Shown: positions 9,334 through 20,000 of the stretch, one piece after another
Layout of the letters: each line of letters begins with the position of its first letter
Numbering within the stretch: the stretch's first letter is position 1
Source: a virus
Lineage: Duplodnaviria > Caudoviricetes
DNA length: 47,253 nucleotides
IMG/VR virus record: IMGVR_UViG_3300012952_000031
Span: 1-47,253 of that record
Strand: one strand, 5' to 3'
The notes under the pieces: generated by a model
The model's database searches: none
Seen by the model: the letters and a program-made list of their open reading frames with translations, nothing else
Told to the model about the DNA's origin: nothing
Translations under genes and position numbers: made by a program

Positions 9334-10697
9334 CTAAACAACCAGATGTCTCGCATTTCATTGCGATCACTGAAATCCAGATCAACAGTACCGTCAAAAT
9401 TTTGAGCAGAAACAACAAGGTTGTATCCTAATTCTGCTGTAGCGGTAGCTGGCATAATTACATTACCTAACCTAATTCTATTAGGTGTAGGGCCACCAGG
9501 ATCTGCTTGTATGGTGACACCACTTATGGTAGCATTATTTAGTGTCGGTGCACTTAATATACCAGCACTAGCATCTGCTTTTAAGGCAATCGAAGTATTA
9601 ACAGTTGCAGCAAAGTTTGGATCATCTCCCAATGCAGCAGCTAGTTCATTCAATGTATCAAGATCTGCTGGTGCAGATGAAACTAAATCAGAAAGTTCCT
9701 GTCTAACAAAACTAGTAGTTGCTAACTTAGTAGAGTTATCATTTAAAGTCTGTAAAGGAGCAGTCGAATCACCTGCAAGGTTAACAGTGGTACGATCAGA
9801 AAGGGATCCGATAGAATTAGCAGTAGTAATATAGGTTCCATCAGATACTAAAATATCAGTTGATACACCAGAAACAACTGCAAACATATGGAAGTTGTTA
9901 CCGTTCTGAACTAGTTCAGTTTTACCACCAGTAGATGCATCCTCAATAGTAAGTTTTGGTAAATTATTTGCTTTGATACGAAGTGCATTTGAACTTCCTT
10001 GACTATCGATATCAAGCTTAAATGATGGACTATAGTTTCCTATACCTATAGATCCATAACAATCAATATCTCTTACATTAATATCATCAGTTATTAGAAG
10101 TTCAGTAGCACCAGATCTTCCATAAAAAGAAGATACCGCACTGGTAGGTCCAACAAGTGAGGATGAAAATCCAATATGTGTTATCTCAATTTCACTATTA
10201 ATATTAGGAGCATCATCAAAACGAAGAGTAAGGTTCTGAGAAACTAATGTATATGCATTCTTATGCTGCACCAAACCATCGATGGTAACCATAATAGCGT
10301 GGTTATTTGGTGGTGCCTTTGTCATTACAAAGTCAGTTTGTACACCATCAGCAGTATACGTTTCAGAGAAGATCTCTGAACGATCCATATTATTAACTAC
10401 AGAACTCTGTACCTGTCCAAAGAATACATCGTTAGTTGCAGGTGCTTCTGAAAAATAAATTCTATCTCCTTGTACCCAGAATGATCCAGGTGCAGCTTGT
10501 GAACTACCTGTATTAGGTTGTTGATAAACACCGTTCAAACTGACGCTAAGTTGCATCGTTTGACCAACTGTTACAGGATCATTATTTGTCGTACGCAATA
10601 AAAAATTATTTGTAGTCCCATCAAATTGAGATGAAATATCTTGGATCTCCTTGATCTTTGATACGTACGCTTCTGGATTAAGACCAAGATATGCCAT
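9330..10697 (-). CDS. Tail fibre-like protein (MAYLG N-terminus)
   Basis: 455 aa; DISSQFDG..LNGVYQQP and ADGVQTDF..IDGLVQ domains; NDNSTKLATTSFV and APADLDTLNELAAALGDDPNFA tail-fibre motifs (P2 gpH-type); hydrophobic C-terminus RDIWLFS. Confidence 0.8.
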   Translation of the reverse strand: MAYLGLNPEAYVSKIKEIQDISSQFDGTTNNFLLRTTNNDPVTVGQTMQLSVSLNGVYQQPNTGSSQAAPGSFWVQGDRIYFSEAPATNDVFFGQVQSSVVNNMDRSEIFSETYTADGVQTDFVMTKAPPNNHAIMVTIDGLVQHKNAYTLVSQNLTLRFDDAPNINSEIEITHIGFSSSLVGPTSAVSSFYGRSGATELLITDDINVRDIDCYGSIGIGNYSPSFKLDIDSQGSSNALRIKANNLPKLTIEDASTGGKTELVQNGNNFHMFAVVSGVSTDILVSDGTYITTANSIGSLSDRTTVNLAGDSTAPLQTLNDNSTKLATTSFVRQELSDLVSSAPADLDTLNELAAALGDDPNFAATVNTSIALKADASAGILSAPTLNNATISGVTIQADPGGPTPNRIRLGNVIMPATATAELGYNLVVSAQNFDGTVDLDFSDRNEMRDIWLFS

Positions 10698-11341
10698 TAG
10701 ACTGATACCTCCATAATACTAGCAATGCAATCTAGGGAGCTAACAGTATCACATTTGACTAATATTTCATCACCTAATCCCACATCAACTTTAACTATTG
10801 AATCACCTGAAGTATGTGTAGTTGCTGTTGAGTTTGCTTGTGCTCTATCTATATTTACTGTAGTATCTCCAGCACCTGCTAAAGAAGTAACTTTCATAAT
10901 CTCATTATTAATCTTGAGATAATCTCCAGTATTAATCTTTGGACCTGTGTTATCAGTAATAGTCATTGATACAACACTAGGAGATGCTATGTTAGCCGCC
11001 AAAGTGTCAGTAACCGATGGGGTCGAATCTCTATAACCGTCAGGGTTATATTCTAAAATAATCTTTTGTCCCTGCATAACTTCAAACGCTGATCCAGCAG
11101 GGATGGGAACGTTCTTTACAATCATCACCTGATCCTTTGGATATTCAGGATCGATGGAATAAGCTGGGTACCTATTAATCTGCACTTCAGCAATCACAGC
11201 AGTCTGTGTGGTATTTGCTAAGTTACATCCAATTACAACCGTCTGTTTCTCGGTTTGTGTACCAGTAAGTTCAACAGCATATATGATAGCTGCTGATGTT
11301 CCTACGTTTTGTTTGGAAGTTGAGGTAAATTTATTTGCCAT
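10697..11341 (-). CDS. Putative fibre adaptor protein with inserted beta domain
   Basis: 214 aa; MANKF...VIGCNLAN...VPIPAGSAFEV..GQKIILE [insert] GDEILV...SIMEV; TAATG overlap with the next gene. Confidence 0.7.
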   Translation of the reverse strand: MANKFTSTSKQNVGTSAAIIYAVELTGTQTEKQTVVIGCNLANTTQTAVIAEVQINRYPAYSIDPEYPKDQVMIVKNVPIPAGSAFEVMQGQKIILEYNPDGYRDSTPSVTDTLAANIASPSVVSMTITDNTGPKINTGDYLKINNEIMKVTSLAGAGDTTVNIDRAQANSTATTHTSGDSIVKVDVGLGDEILVKCDTVSSLDCIASIMEVSV

Positions 11342-11347
11342 TGTTAA

Positions 11348-12001
11348 TTAACCGAGAGCGATAGCAAGTGCAGTAGCGTCAAGACCCGCTTCAACAGATA
11401 CACCGACCTGTGCAGCAAGGGTATTCACCTCAGCCTGCAATTCGTTAATCGCATTAACGAGGTTTGCTTTGTTTTGAGTAGTGAGGTTAAGAAGATTACC
11501 AATGGTAATGTCCTTTATTTCGTTAATAGCAGCAACTATACTAGATTTAGATGTTGTGCTTAAACTAGAAAGAACACCAATAATAATGTCTTTTGTTTCA
11601 TTAAGGGCAGCAACCAAACTGGTGTGATCAGCAATGTTTGCTGACAGACCTGCAAGGTTACCTACATCTTGATCAAGTTCATTTATTGCATTAACAATAC
11701 TAGTTTTATCAGCAGTAGTCAGATTAGACAAACCTTTGATAATACTATCAGTAATGTAATTAACTGCTTCGACAACATTGTCTTTATCGTTAGCGGGAAT
11801 TTCGCTAGTGATAGAAGCAATAGGACCAAGTTCTGTGTCTAATTCTAGCAGACAATCAGTGATAGTCTGAGCAACTAGATTGTTTGCTACAGACTGGGCA
11901 ACGATTTTGCCAGAAAAATCACCATTGTCAACACCGATCTCGTTAATCTCGACACGTTGTTGTTCAAATGTAAAAGTTTTGTCTACTGTTCTTACTGGCA
12001 T
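11348..12001 (-). CDS. Segmented coiled-coil fibre (fibritin/whisker-like) ending in AIALG
   Basis: 217 aa; about 5 repeats of ~26 aa LxTxxKxxIVxAINEL; C-terminus DATALAIALG. Confidence 0.7.
   Translation of the reverse strand: MPVRTVDKTFTFEQQRVEINEIGVDNGDFSGKIVAQSVANNLVAQTITDCLLELDTELGPIASITSEIPANDKDNVVEAVNYITDSIIKGLSNLTTADKTSIVNAINELDQDVGNLAGLSANIADHTSLVAALNETKDIIIGVLSSLSTTSKSSIVAAINEIKDITIGNLLNLTTQNKANLVNAINELQAEVNTLAAQVGVSVEAGLDATALAIALG
11430..11830 (-). repeat. ~26-aa tandem protein repeats (LxTxxKxxIVxAINE)
   Basis: DKDNVVEAVNY, DKTSIVNAINEL, DHTSLVAALNET, SKSSIVAAINEI, NKANLVNAINEL. Confidence 0.85.
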
Positions 12002-12023
12002 TAGACTTATGGGTTCTCGGTTT

Positions 12024-12031
12024 TATTTATA
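12024..12031 (-). promoter_or_regulatory. T4 late promoter TATAAATA
   Basis: Perfect consensus, intergenic. Confidence 0.85.
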
Positions 12032-13576
12032 CTAGGCAGTAATAAGTGATCTGAAGAATTTAACTGTGTTTACAGCATATACTGGTGTAAATACAATTTC
12101 AATATTTGCTCCATTGTACTGAGCAGTGATGGTACCTAGTCCACCCTGTGCAATACCACCTGAAGTCATAGTTGCATATTCCTCAACATATATGTCAGTT
12201 CCATCGTGAAGAATAAGAACTTCTTTTACCTGAGTATATGCACCTGATGTGCATTGAACCACATACTTTCCACTAGTGTAACTAGCGTGAGTAAATGAAT
12301 CAATAACAGCAGCAGTGATAGCAGCAGTAGTTGCTGTTCCTGCATCCTGTCCGTGAATTTCCTTAACTGTAATTAAGGATCCACCAGCTGTATCATCATA
12401 ACGAATCTTTTCATCTCCACCTAGACACATTCCCATTTTATCATTATCTGGACGGTAGAAACCATTGTCCTGATCCTGATAGAAACTGATACCAGGAATG
12501 GCCTCAGTACCGTCACCAGCACCAGTGAAACCAGACAGGTTAGTTAGTCCGTTACCATCTCCTATGAATGCAGTTGCTCCAACATTACCATTAACTTGTA
12601 GTATTTGAGCAAGAGCGTTGTTAGGATCCTGTCCAATACCAATTTTGTTATTAGTAGGATCACACTTGAATAATGCAACGTTAGAACCAGTTGGTTCGAT
12701 AGTAACTACAGCACCATCGAACTTAACATACGAGTTAGCACCACCTACATCAATTGCTTCTGCATCTAGATTACCTTTAAGAGTACCTAGAGTATAAGTT
12801 AAGTCACCAGTAGTGATACCAGTGAAAGTACCAGTACCCAAGGCAAACTTATCTTCTGATTCATCAAATCCAATAAAACCATTATCTCCACTACCACGTT
12901 CAATAACTATACCAGCATCACCAGTTGGTGCACCAACAGTACCATTACCAAGCTCAATTAATTTATCACCAATTACAGTGTTGGTTGTAGAAACTGTAGT
13001 CGTACCACCAAGTACTGTAAGTTCACCGTTAATTACTACATTATTTGCAACTTCTAAATCTTGTGTTGGTGATCCAACTCCAATACCAACCTTACCTTCT
13101 CCAGTAACAACTAGAGCATCGGTTAATGAGTTGACATTAGTATTACTACTACCACCAGCAGGTGATGTCTTAATACGTAGATATCCACCTGAGGCAGAAC
13201 CAGTAGATGCTCCACCTGAGATGATTAGATCAGATCCAGCAACGTCTGTACCACTAGCATCATCTCTACCAACCTTACCAGTAACAGATAGTGTAGTAGC
13301 TACAGATGCTGCATTGAAATTAAATGTACCAGTTCCAGCAATCTTTAAAGGTGTGACAGCACCATCCTGTATAACAGCAGTTCCAACAGCTTCTAGTCCA
13401 CCAGTAGAACTTAGTTTCTGAACTGTAATACTGTTATCGGCTAGTTTTAATGTAGTGATTGCACCGTTTCTAATAGTAGAAGTGGTGACTGCCTGGGTAC
13501 CAACTCCGCTATCTAGCTTCGAGTCACTAACCAGCCCATCGTTCAAACCAGTTCTTCTGATTCTTGTTAGAGCCAT
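12032..13576 (-). CDS. Tail fibre-like protein (MALTRI N-terminus, HDG-type C-terminal domain)
   Basis: 514 aa; IxxGAITxxKL repeats, VGIGVGSP shaft, IGDKLIELG..DAGIVIERG, PGISFYQDQDNGFYR; C-terminal DSF..SGKY..HDGTD domain. Confidence 0.78.
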   Translation of the reverse strand: MALTRIRRTGLNDGLVSDSKLDSGVGTQAVTTSTIRNGAITTLKLADNSITVQKLSSTGGLEAVGTAVIQDGAVTPLKIAGTGTFNFNAASVATTLSVTGKVGRDDASGTDVAGSDLIISGGASTGSASGGYLRIKTSPAGGSSNTNVNSLTDALVVTGEGKVGIGVGSPTQDLEVANNVVINGELTVLGGTTTVSTTNTVIGDKLIELGNGTVGAPTGDAGIVIERGSGDNGFIGFDESEDKFALGTGTFTGITTGDLTYTLGTLKGNLDAEAIDVGGANSYVKFDGAVVTIEPTGSNVALFKCDPTNNKIGIGQDPNNALAQILQVNGNVGATAFIGDGNGLTNLSGFTGAGDGTEAIPGISFYQDQDNGFYRPDNDKMGMCLGGDEKIRYDDTAGGSLITVKEIHGQDAGTATTAAITAAVIDSFTHASYTSGKYVVQCTSGAYTQVKEVLILHDGTDIYVEEYATMTSGGIAQGGLGTITAQYNGANIEIVFTPVYAVNTVKFFRSLITA

Positions 13577-13600
13577 TGCTTTAGTCGATTCCTATGTGAG

Positions 13601-13608
13601 TATTTATA
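13601..13608 (-). promoter_or_regulatory. T4 late promoter TATAAATA
   Basis: Perfect consensus overlapping the stop codon of the upstream 75-aa ORF. Confidence 0.85.
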
Positions 13609-13831
13609 GTTTTGAAAGGACTTCTTTTAAAAGCCCCTTTATCTCATCCATTTCTTGCCTGAGACCTTGTAAGTCCTCGGCATTGCTTGTAGATTGAAGA
13701 GCAATCGCTCTTTGTCTCTTATAGGCCTCAAATGCTTTTCTATCGCTGTTAACAATAGCACCAGTAGATGCATCTCTATGCAAATCGGGATGTCCTGAAA
13801 CTTTAGCACCAGGTAATTCACCCCAACTCAT
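13604..13831 (-). CDS. Small hypothetical virion-region protein
   Basis: 75 aa; KVSGHPDLHRD..TGAIVN plus C-terminal coiled coil; I recognise this type as commonly following vrlC-like genes; ATGA overlap. Confidence 0.75.
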   Translation of the reverse strand: MSWGELPGAKVSGHPDLHRDASTGAIVNSDRKAFEAYKRQRAIALQSTSNAEDLQGLRQEMDEIKGLLKEVLSKL

Positions 13832-14040
13832 CGGTCTGCAAAATATCTTTCAAGCACTTGAAGTCTTTCATCCCATTGTGCAATTTCATTTATTTCAACT
13901 TCCATAGCACCTAGAATATCAGAATGTTCTCCGATACCCACTGGTGACTGTAGATATATTTCAAGGTTTGCCTTATGTTTTTCAATATTACCTTGGTAAT
14001 AAGCACGTAAGGAGTTAATAGTATTAGATCTTGTAGACAT
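13828..14040 (-). CDS. Small hypothetical protein of T4-like marine phages
   Basis: 70 aa; KHKANLEIYL..PVGIGEHSDI motif; helical hairpin. Confidence 0.75.
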   Translation of the reverse strand: MSTRSNTINSLRAYYQGNIEKHKANLEIYLQSPVGIGEHSDILGAMEVEINEIAQWDERLQVLERYFADR

Positions 14041-14042
14041 AA

Positions 14043-17000
14043 TTAGAAGGTTGCGATTGCACGAAGGTCTCTTATACGAGGAGGTAGAGCAGGGTTTCTA
14101 CTCTTCATTATAATTTTAATTGCAAAAGAACTAAATTCTTTTAAGTTATCAATAGAATATTGATACTCTTTAAAGTCTGATTGTGATTCAGTAGTTGGAG
14201 AGAATCCAGTTCCACTGGTAGGTGTAACTTCTACATCAGGTGCACCAGAAATATTCTTCTTCTCAGAATAAGTAGGAATAGGATTAAAGTAAACCCAGTT
14301 AATATCCTTAAAGAATATCTGTTCAGATGAACGTTTAGTCTTGTACATCACTGTAACATCATCAATTTCTTGTAATGCTGCACTTAGAATTACATTAATT
14401 CCATTAGCAGGATTATCAATAGAAATTTCCTTTGTAACATATGTAGCTACGTTTGAAGAATTCTTCAAACGATCAGGAGTGTATAAGTATCCATAAGAAT
14501 CGTATACTCTCTTGATTGATACTGGTACAAAGAATGTTTCGTTGAGAATTGCCATTCCACCCAAGAACGTTCCATCACCACTAGCACCTTTTCCAAAGAG
14601 ATCTGAGGTATCAAAAGCAAATTCATTAGAAGTAAATGTCAATCTATAGTTTTCAGAATTCCAACGAACAACATTACCAGTCTTACCATCATCATTAGTT
14701 GCAAGTTTATCACCAGCCACTATATTAAAGTTTGCTAATGGTAATGAACCTCCAACATTTATTGGTCTTGTGAAACCATCAGATGTGGTACCACTATTAC
14801 CATTTAGGTCTAAATTGTATGTGGCAGATCCACCAAATTCTAAAGGTTCATCAACAATAAATCCATCCCCTTCAGTAATTCTTACATATAATTGACCAAT
14901 GGTCTGACCATTATCCCAATAAGATAAGATACCTCTAGTACCAGAGGTAAGACCTTTAACTGTTTGACCAGTACCACTTGTTACATCTATAGCATTAACA
15001 CTACCTAAAGTTGCAGGAGATCCAGCACTATCTTTTAATTGAAGAAGTACTGTCTTATGAAGTTCTACATCTTGTACCTTTCTACCATATCTATCCTCAG
15101 TACCTTCAGCAGATTCAACACGGTTTGTAGTTAAAATTGCCTTAGGATTCTTAAGGCTTATGATGGGTGAAAGATTAGCATTGTTAGTGCTAAGAGTTGC
15201 ACTAAGGGTAAAACTCTTGTTGTTGTTGAGTCTAGAGGCGAATAATTTTTCATTGAGTTTAGATGCGACTACTCTTTGTGTCGGGAAGAAGTATTCCTTA
15301 TTCAAAATAACGGGTAAAGCTTTATCTAAAGTATAGTCAACAGTTTCTACATCAGAATCAATTGGTTTAACCATTGCTGTAGTTACTGTAGTTGCCAATG
15401 TTGTAGATGGGAAGTCAAGAGAATCAACTTTAACATATGCCTTTTCAAACTTACTTTGACCTAAGGCCTTAGCATTACTACCACCACCAATTACACTACC
15501 ACCTGCAACAGTAGACATTCCAACAGTATAGAAATCAAGGCCTGTATTCAATACAGAAAGTATTTGACGATTTAATGCAGTAGTAGAATATCCACCAACA
15601 GATGTACAATCCTTAAGTGCCACATAAGATCCAACATTTAAACCGTGGTTCTTATGCAGAACTTTAACAACTTTATTGTTAGCAGCAAAGAGTTTACTAG
15701 ATGTAGTATTAGCACCACCATTATTAGTTTCCAAAGGATTTAATATTAATGGATTGTATCCAGAATCTCTATTAATTAAATTGATAGTACCAACTTCTGA
15801 AGTATCAAACTGTGCTCTATAAAGATCAAACTTCAGATCTTCATACTGATTTTCTGTCCATAGATTAGAGTTTTGAGACTTAAATAATGATCCAAGTAAA
15901 GGTTGAGTTGTAACTGTAGAGTTAGAATTAATCTCTGTTTCACCTAACCTAGAAAGGAATGTATGGTAAATAGTACTCTGAGATTCTATAATAACAGCAT
16001 ACTCTCTATCATTTTCTAAGTATACTGGGTATTGGAATTTAAATTTAGTTGGGACTAATGCTTTATCTGAAGTAGCAACACCCATTCTTACAGAAGGTTT
16101 TGTTATCTTGAGAACAGCTCTTGCTCTAGCAATTAGAGTTCCACTACCAACTATCAATACACTAGGTGCAGTTGTATATTCACTACCACCTAAAGTAGGA
16201 GTAATTTCATATACTTTTTGATCTGTGATTTGAGGAATAGCAGTTGAAGTAACACCGCCAGGTAACTGAGGAGATTCGATTGTTACTGTTGTAGATCCTG
16301 GATATCCATCACCCATATCATCAACTAAAATCTCAGAAACATATCCAGAGTCAAGAACGATCTGCATATTAACAATGTCGTCACCAGATCTTGAGTTATT
16401 TGCAACAGTTAATGAAGTTATTACTAAAGGTTCACCAGGTATGAAGTCTTCCTTGTTGTGATCTCCTAAGATCAAAGTATAAACCTGTGATGTACCTAAA
16501 GTATAGGTGTCATTAACAACAGGTACTGGTTGATTCTGAGAATCGAGTACACCAATTAATGGTCCTTGAGCATTAGAAGTATCACCCTCAATAATTTCAT
16601 TCTTAATTAATGTATGACTACCACTAGTAATAACTCTTATATAAGTGCTACTATCCATTGTGGAAATAGAACCAGGAATAACATTCTTGGTAGGCCTACC
16701 AGCAATAGTATCTGTTAACTTAACAGTTACTGGTAATGTAACATCTTTTGCTGAGAAATATAGATCAATAGATGATGCCATAACACCACCATCGAAACTT
16801 TCAACACGGAATGTTTGTGCTAAAGGATCCGATACACTAATAGCAGGATTTAAAATATTTTCTGTATACTGAGTACCATCTACTTTATCGGAAGTATCTA
16901 AACCTTCTAAAGCAATAATATCATTAGGAGCAGGTTCTTTTAAAGCAGATGCTTTAAATGTTACTATAGCAAAAGTTTCTGGATCTGCTGCATTAGTATT

Positions 17001-20000
17001 GCTACTAGTGAATTTAATCTTCTTATCACCCAATGGGAAACGCAATCCTGGAGCATTAGCATCAAAAGATAATGCTGAAATATCATCTTCATATCCAGTT
17101 CCCTTGGCTGGTTTTCTTCCTGAAGAAAGGAATAATATACCAGTTGCACTACCAGTATCATCAGTAACTAGAGTATCACCCCAGTTTCTAAGAGATGATC
17201 CAGGACTTCCAGAATAATTTCTATCTGGTACTAAGTAATCAGAAACATCCAATCCATCTATGAAAGGATAAATCCTAGTATTAGGCTTCATCCTACGAAG
17301 ATGGAATTCAATATACTGCTCTTTAATGTATAAAGTTATAGCAGTACTTAAAGTCTTTTCTCCTATAGTAGTAGATGATTGCTGAAGTGGAATCTCAGTA
17401 TTTTGTGCAGCAATATTAGAACTACTATTTGTAGAGGCCAATACAACTTCTGATTCTGGTAAATCTGGTGCGTCAGAACTTAATGAATTGACATTACTGA
17501 ATTCGGAATCATTACCACATACTGCAATCTGAGTAATATTATGAATTTGAGATAGAGCATTCTCTCCATCTTCATAGATTTCTAGAGGATCTAATGTCTG
17601 ATTATCGTTGTTATTAACAGATGGAAGAGCATCTTCATCAAACCAAGGATCAACATTAGGAGTAATTTCTGCTATTCCTTTGTAGTTGAAAATAAGGAAT
17701 GGATTTACAGCAGTAGTATTTGTAGCAAAGATGTTCTGACAGAGAATAGATTCTGTGAATGGAAGAGTTACTACACCGTGATTAACAACATACTTCGATA
17801 AAGTACGTGCAGTCTCGGAGGAATCCGCTTCCATTAAAGAAACAGTTGTCTCTTTAGATTCTGGTCTTAAAGTACCACGTGTTAAATCTAATGATGCTTT
17901 ATAATCAACAGAATTGATATGAGATAAACTAAAGCTTTCAAAGTTATCAACTACAAAACCAGATTTAAATCTGTCCATTCCAGTAGCGATGTCTTTAATT
18001 TGTGTATTTAAAGCACCCTGTTCTAGAACAGAAAGCATAGTATATCTTTCTAAACGTTCAACCTTCTTCTCCAATTTAGTGATATCACGCATCGTGAATC
18101 GCTTATTTTCTATTGGGAAGGTTTTAATCTTCTTAGTGTTATCAGTGTAAGCAGGGATATAAATCTTAAATACTTTAATAGCCTCATCTACAGTCTCAGC
18201 AGACTGTGGGTTTGTAGATCCTGCACCCTTCTTGACAATAAAGGTACCATCTTTTTTCAAATAAACGGTATCGATACGATCAACATAATAACTATATGAA
18301 CAAGAGAAAGTATATGGAGTTCCAATACTAGTTTTAGTGTCGGAAGGAAGAGCAGCACTAACACCACCTTGAGTAAACACTTCCGAAATATTGGAGTTAT
18401 TATCCATTACAGAAGCGTTAACATAACCAGGAATCTGAGCTGAAGTTCCAACTAAAGGACGGAAATCAATTAGATCACCAAGACTCTTTTTACCGTGTAC
18501 AAGTGAAGTAAAGGATGGTATCTCATCATACGACACACCATTTTCGTGTAGATAAGAATCAACTGTAAAGAAATCACCTTCTGAATGCTGGAAATAGTCA
18601 AAACCAATAACCATTGTACCAGTTGGAGTTCTTACACCAGGTTTTCTAACTAAGGTTGCAGTATCGTATAAGTTATCTCTTTGACCATCATCAAATAAGA
18701 AGAGGTCTGTGATATTTGTACCAGTATTTCCTAGTAAGTCACCATTTTCATCGACTGTAGGTGCAATTCCAGGAGTACCCTCATACACATAGCGTAGCTT
18801 ATATACATCAGAGTATGATTTAACTTGGCCTGTAGGATTATCATAATCATCACCTCTTAAAGGAATAATGTCGTTATCTATATCAGCATTAATAGAAATT
18901 CTCTTATTGATAACAGATGACTTAAGTTTTGGCTTAGCCTTAGAGGTTTCTATAGTTGCAGTAAGTTTCAACTTCATACCTGTTAGTTGAAGTCCACCAG
19001 ATTGGAAGAAGTAATTAAGTGGAAGCTTAACAGTTAATGCACCAGCATTATTATTGGATGCTCCACTAGTAACAGATACCATAGAAGAATCTATGTACAA
19101 GATATCTCCTTGTGATACATCATCTCCATTTGTACCACCGTATTTTATCCCACTACCAGTTCCTAAAGTATATACTTCAAGAACATAATCTTCTGGACTA
19201 AATGGAGCAAATTGCTGCTGACCATAATCTAATTGTGCAGCAATACTAACTGTATTATCAACACCGTCAATAGTTACACTTTCAATAAACTGTTTTCTAG
19301 AATAGTAAGTAATACCACTATCATCATCACTCTTAATTGTTCCAGCAATTTTTGAATTTGGTAGAGGAATTACAAGTGTTGCTTTACCAGAATTTTCAAT
19401 TTTAGCTCTAACACGTGTCACGGTATTAGATGAAAATCCTCTACATAAACGTTGCTTTAAGTATATACGAGCAGGATTATCTGTTGCTGGATCACATACT
19501 TTAGCAACTTCATACTTATAAGTCTTACCACTTATAGTAATTTGAATAAGATCATCTTCAACCAAATCAGTAGATGGCCTTGCACCGTAGTTTGTTGCCT
19601 CGATATAATCACAATCTGCTGTACCAGACCACTGTAAATTATTAGTAATTGTGTACAGATCTGTAGTATCAGAATCTGAGAATTGAATATCACCAGTTAA
19701 TTTCTTATCACTTTGACTTCCGTGTGTCATACCAAGGGAACGGACATCTTCTATACCATAAGTCTGAATGACATCCTTGAATAATACAGCTCTTACATAA
19801 GCATCTGGATCACTACCACTATGAGTTCCACTATCAGAAACTGAACATATAGGAGGTACATCAAATCTATCAAGAATCTGTCTGTATCCTAGATCAGTGA
19901 ATCTTACCTTCTGAATATAATTCGTTTGTCCATTTATACCATTTGCAGGTGCAGAAGTACAAGTAATATAGTTACTTTGATATTTTCTATTACCAATCTT

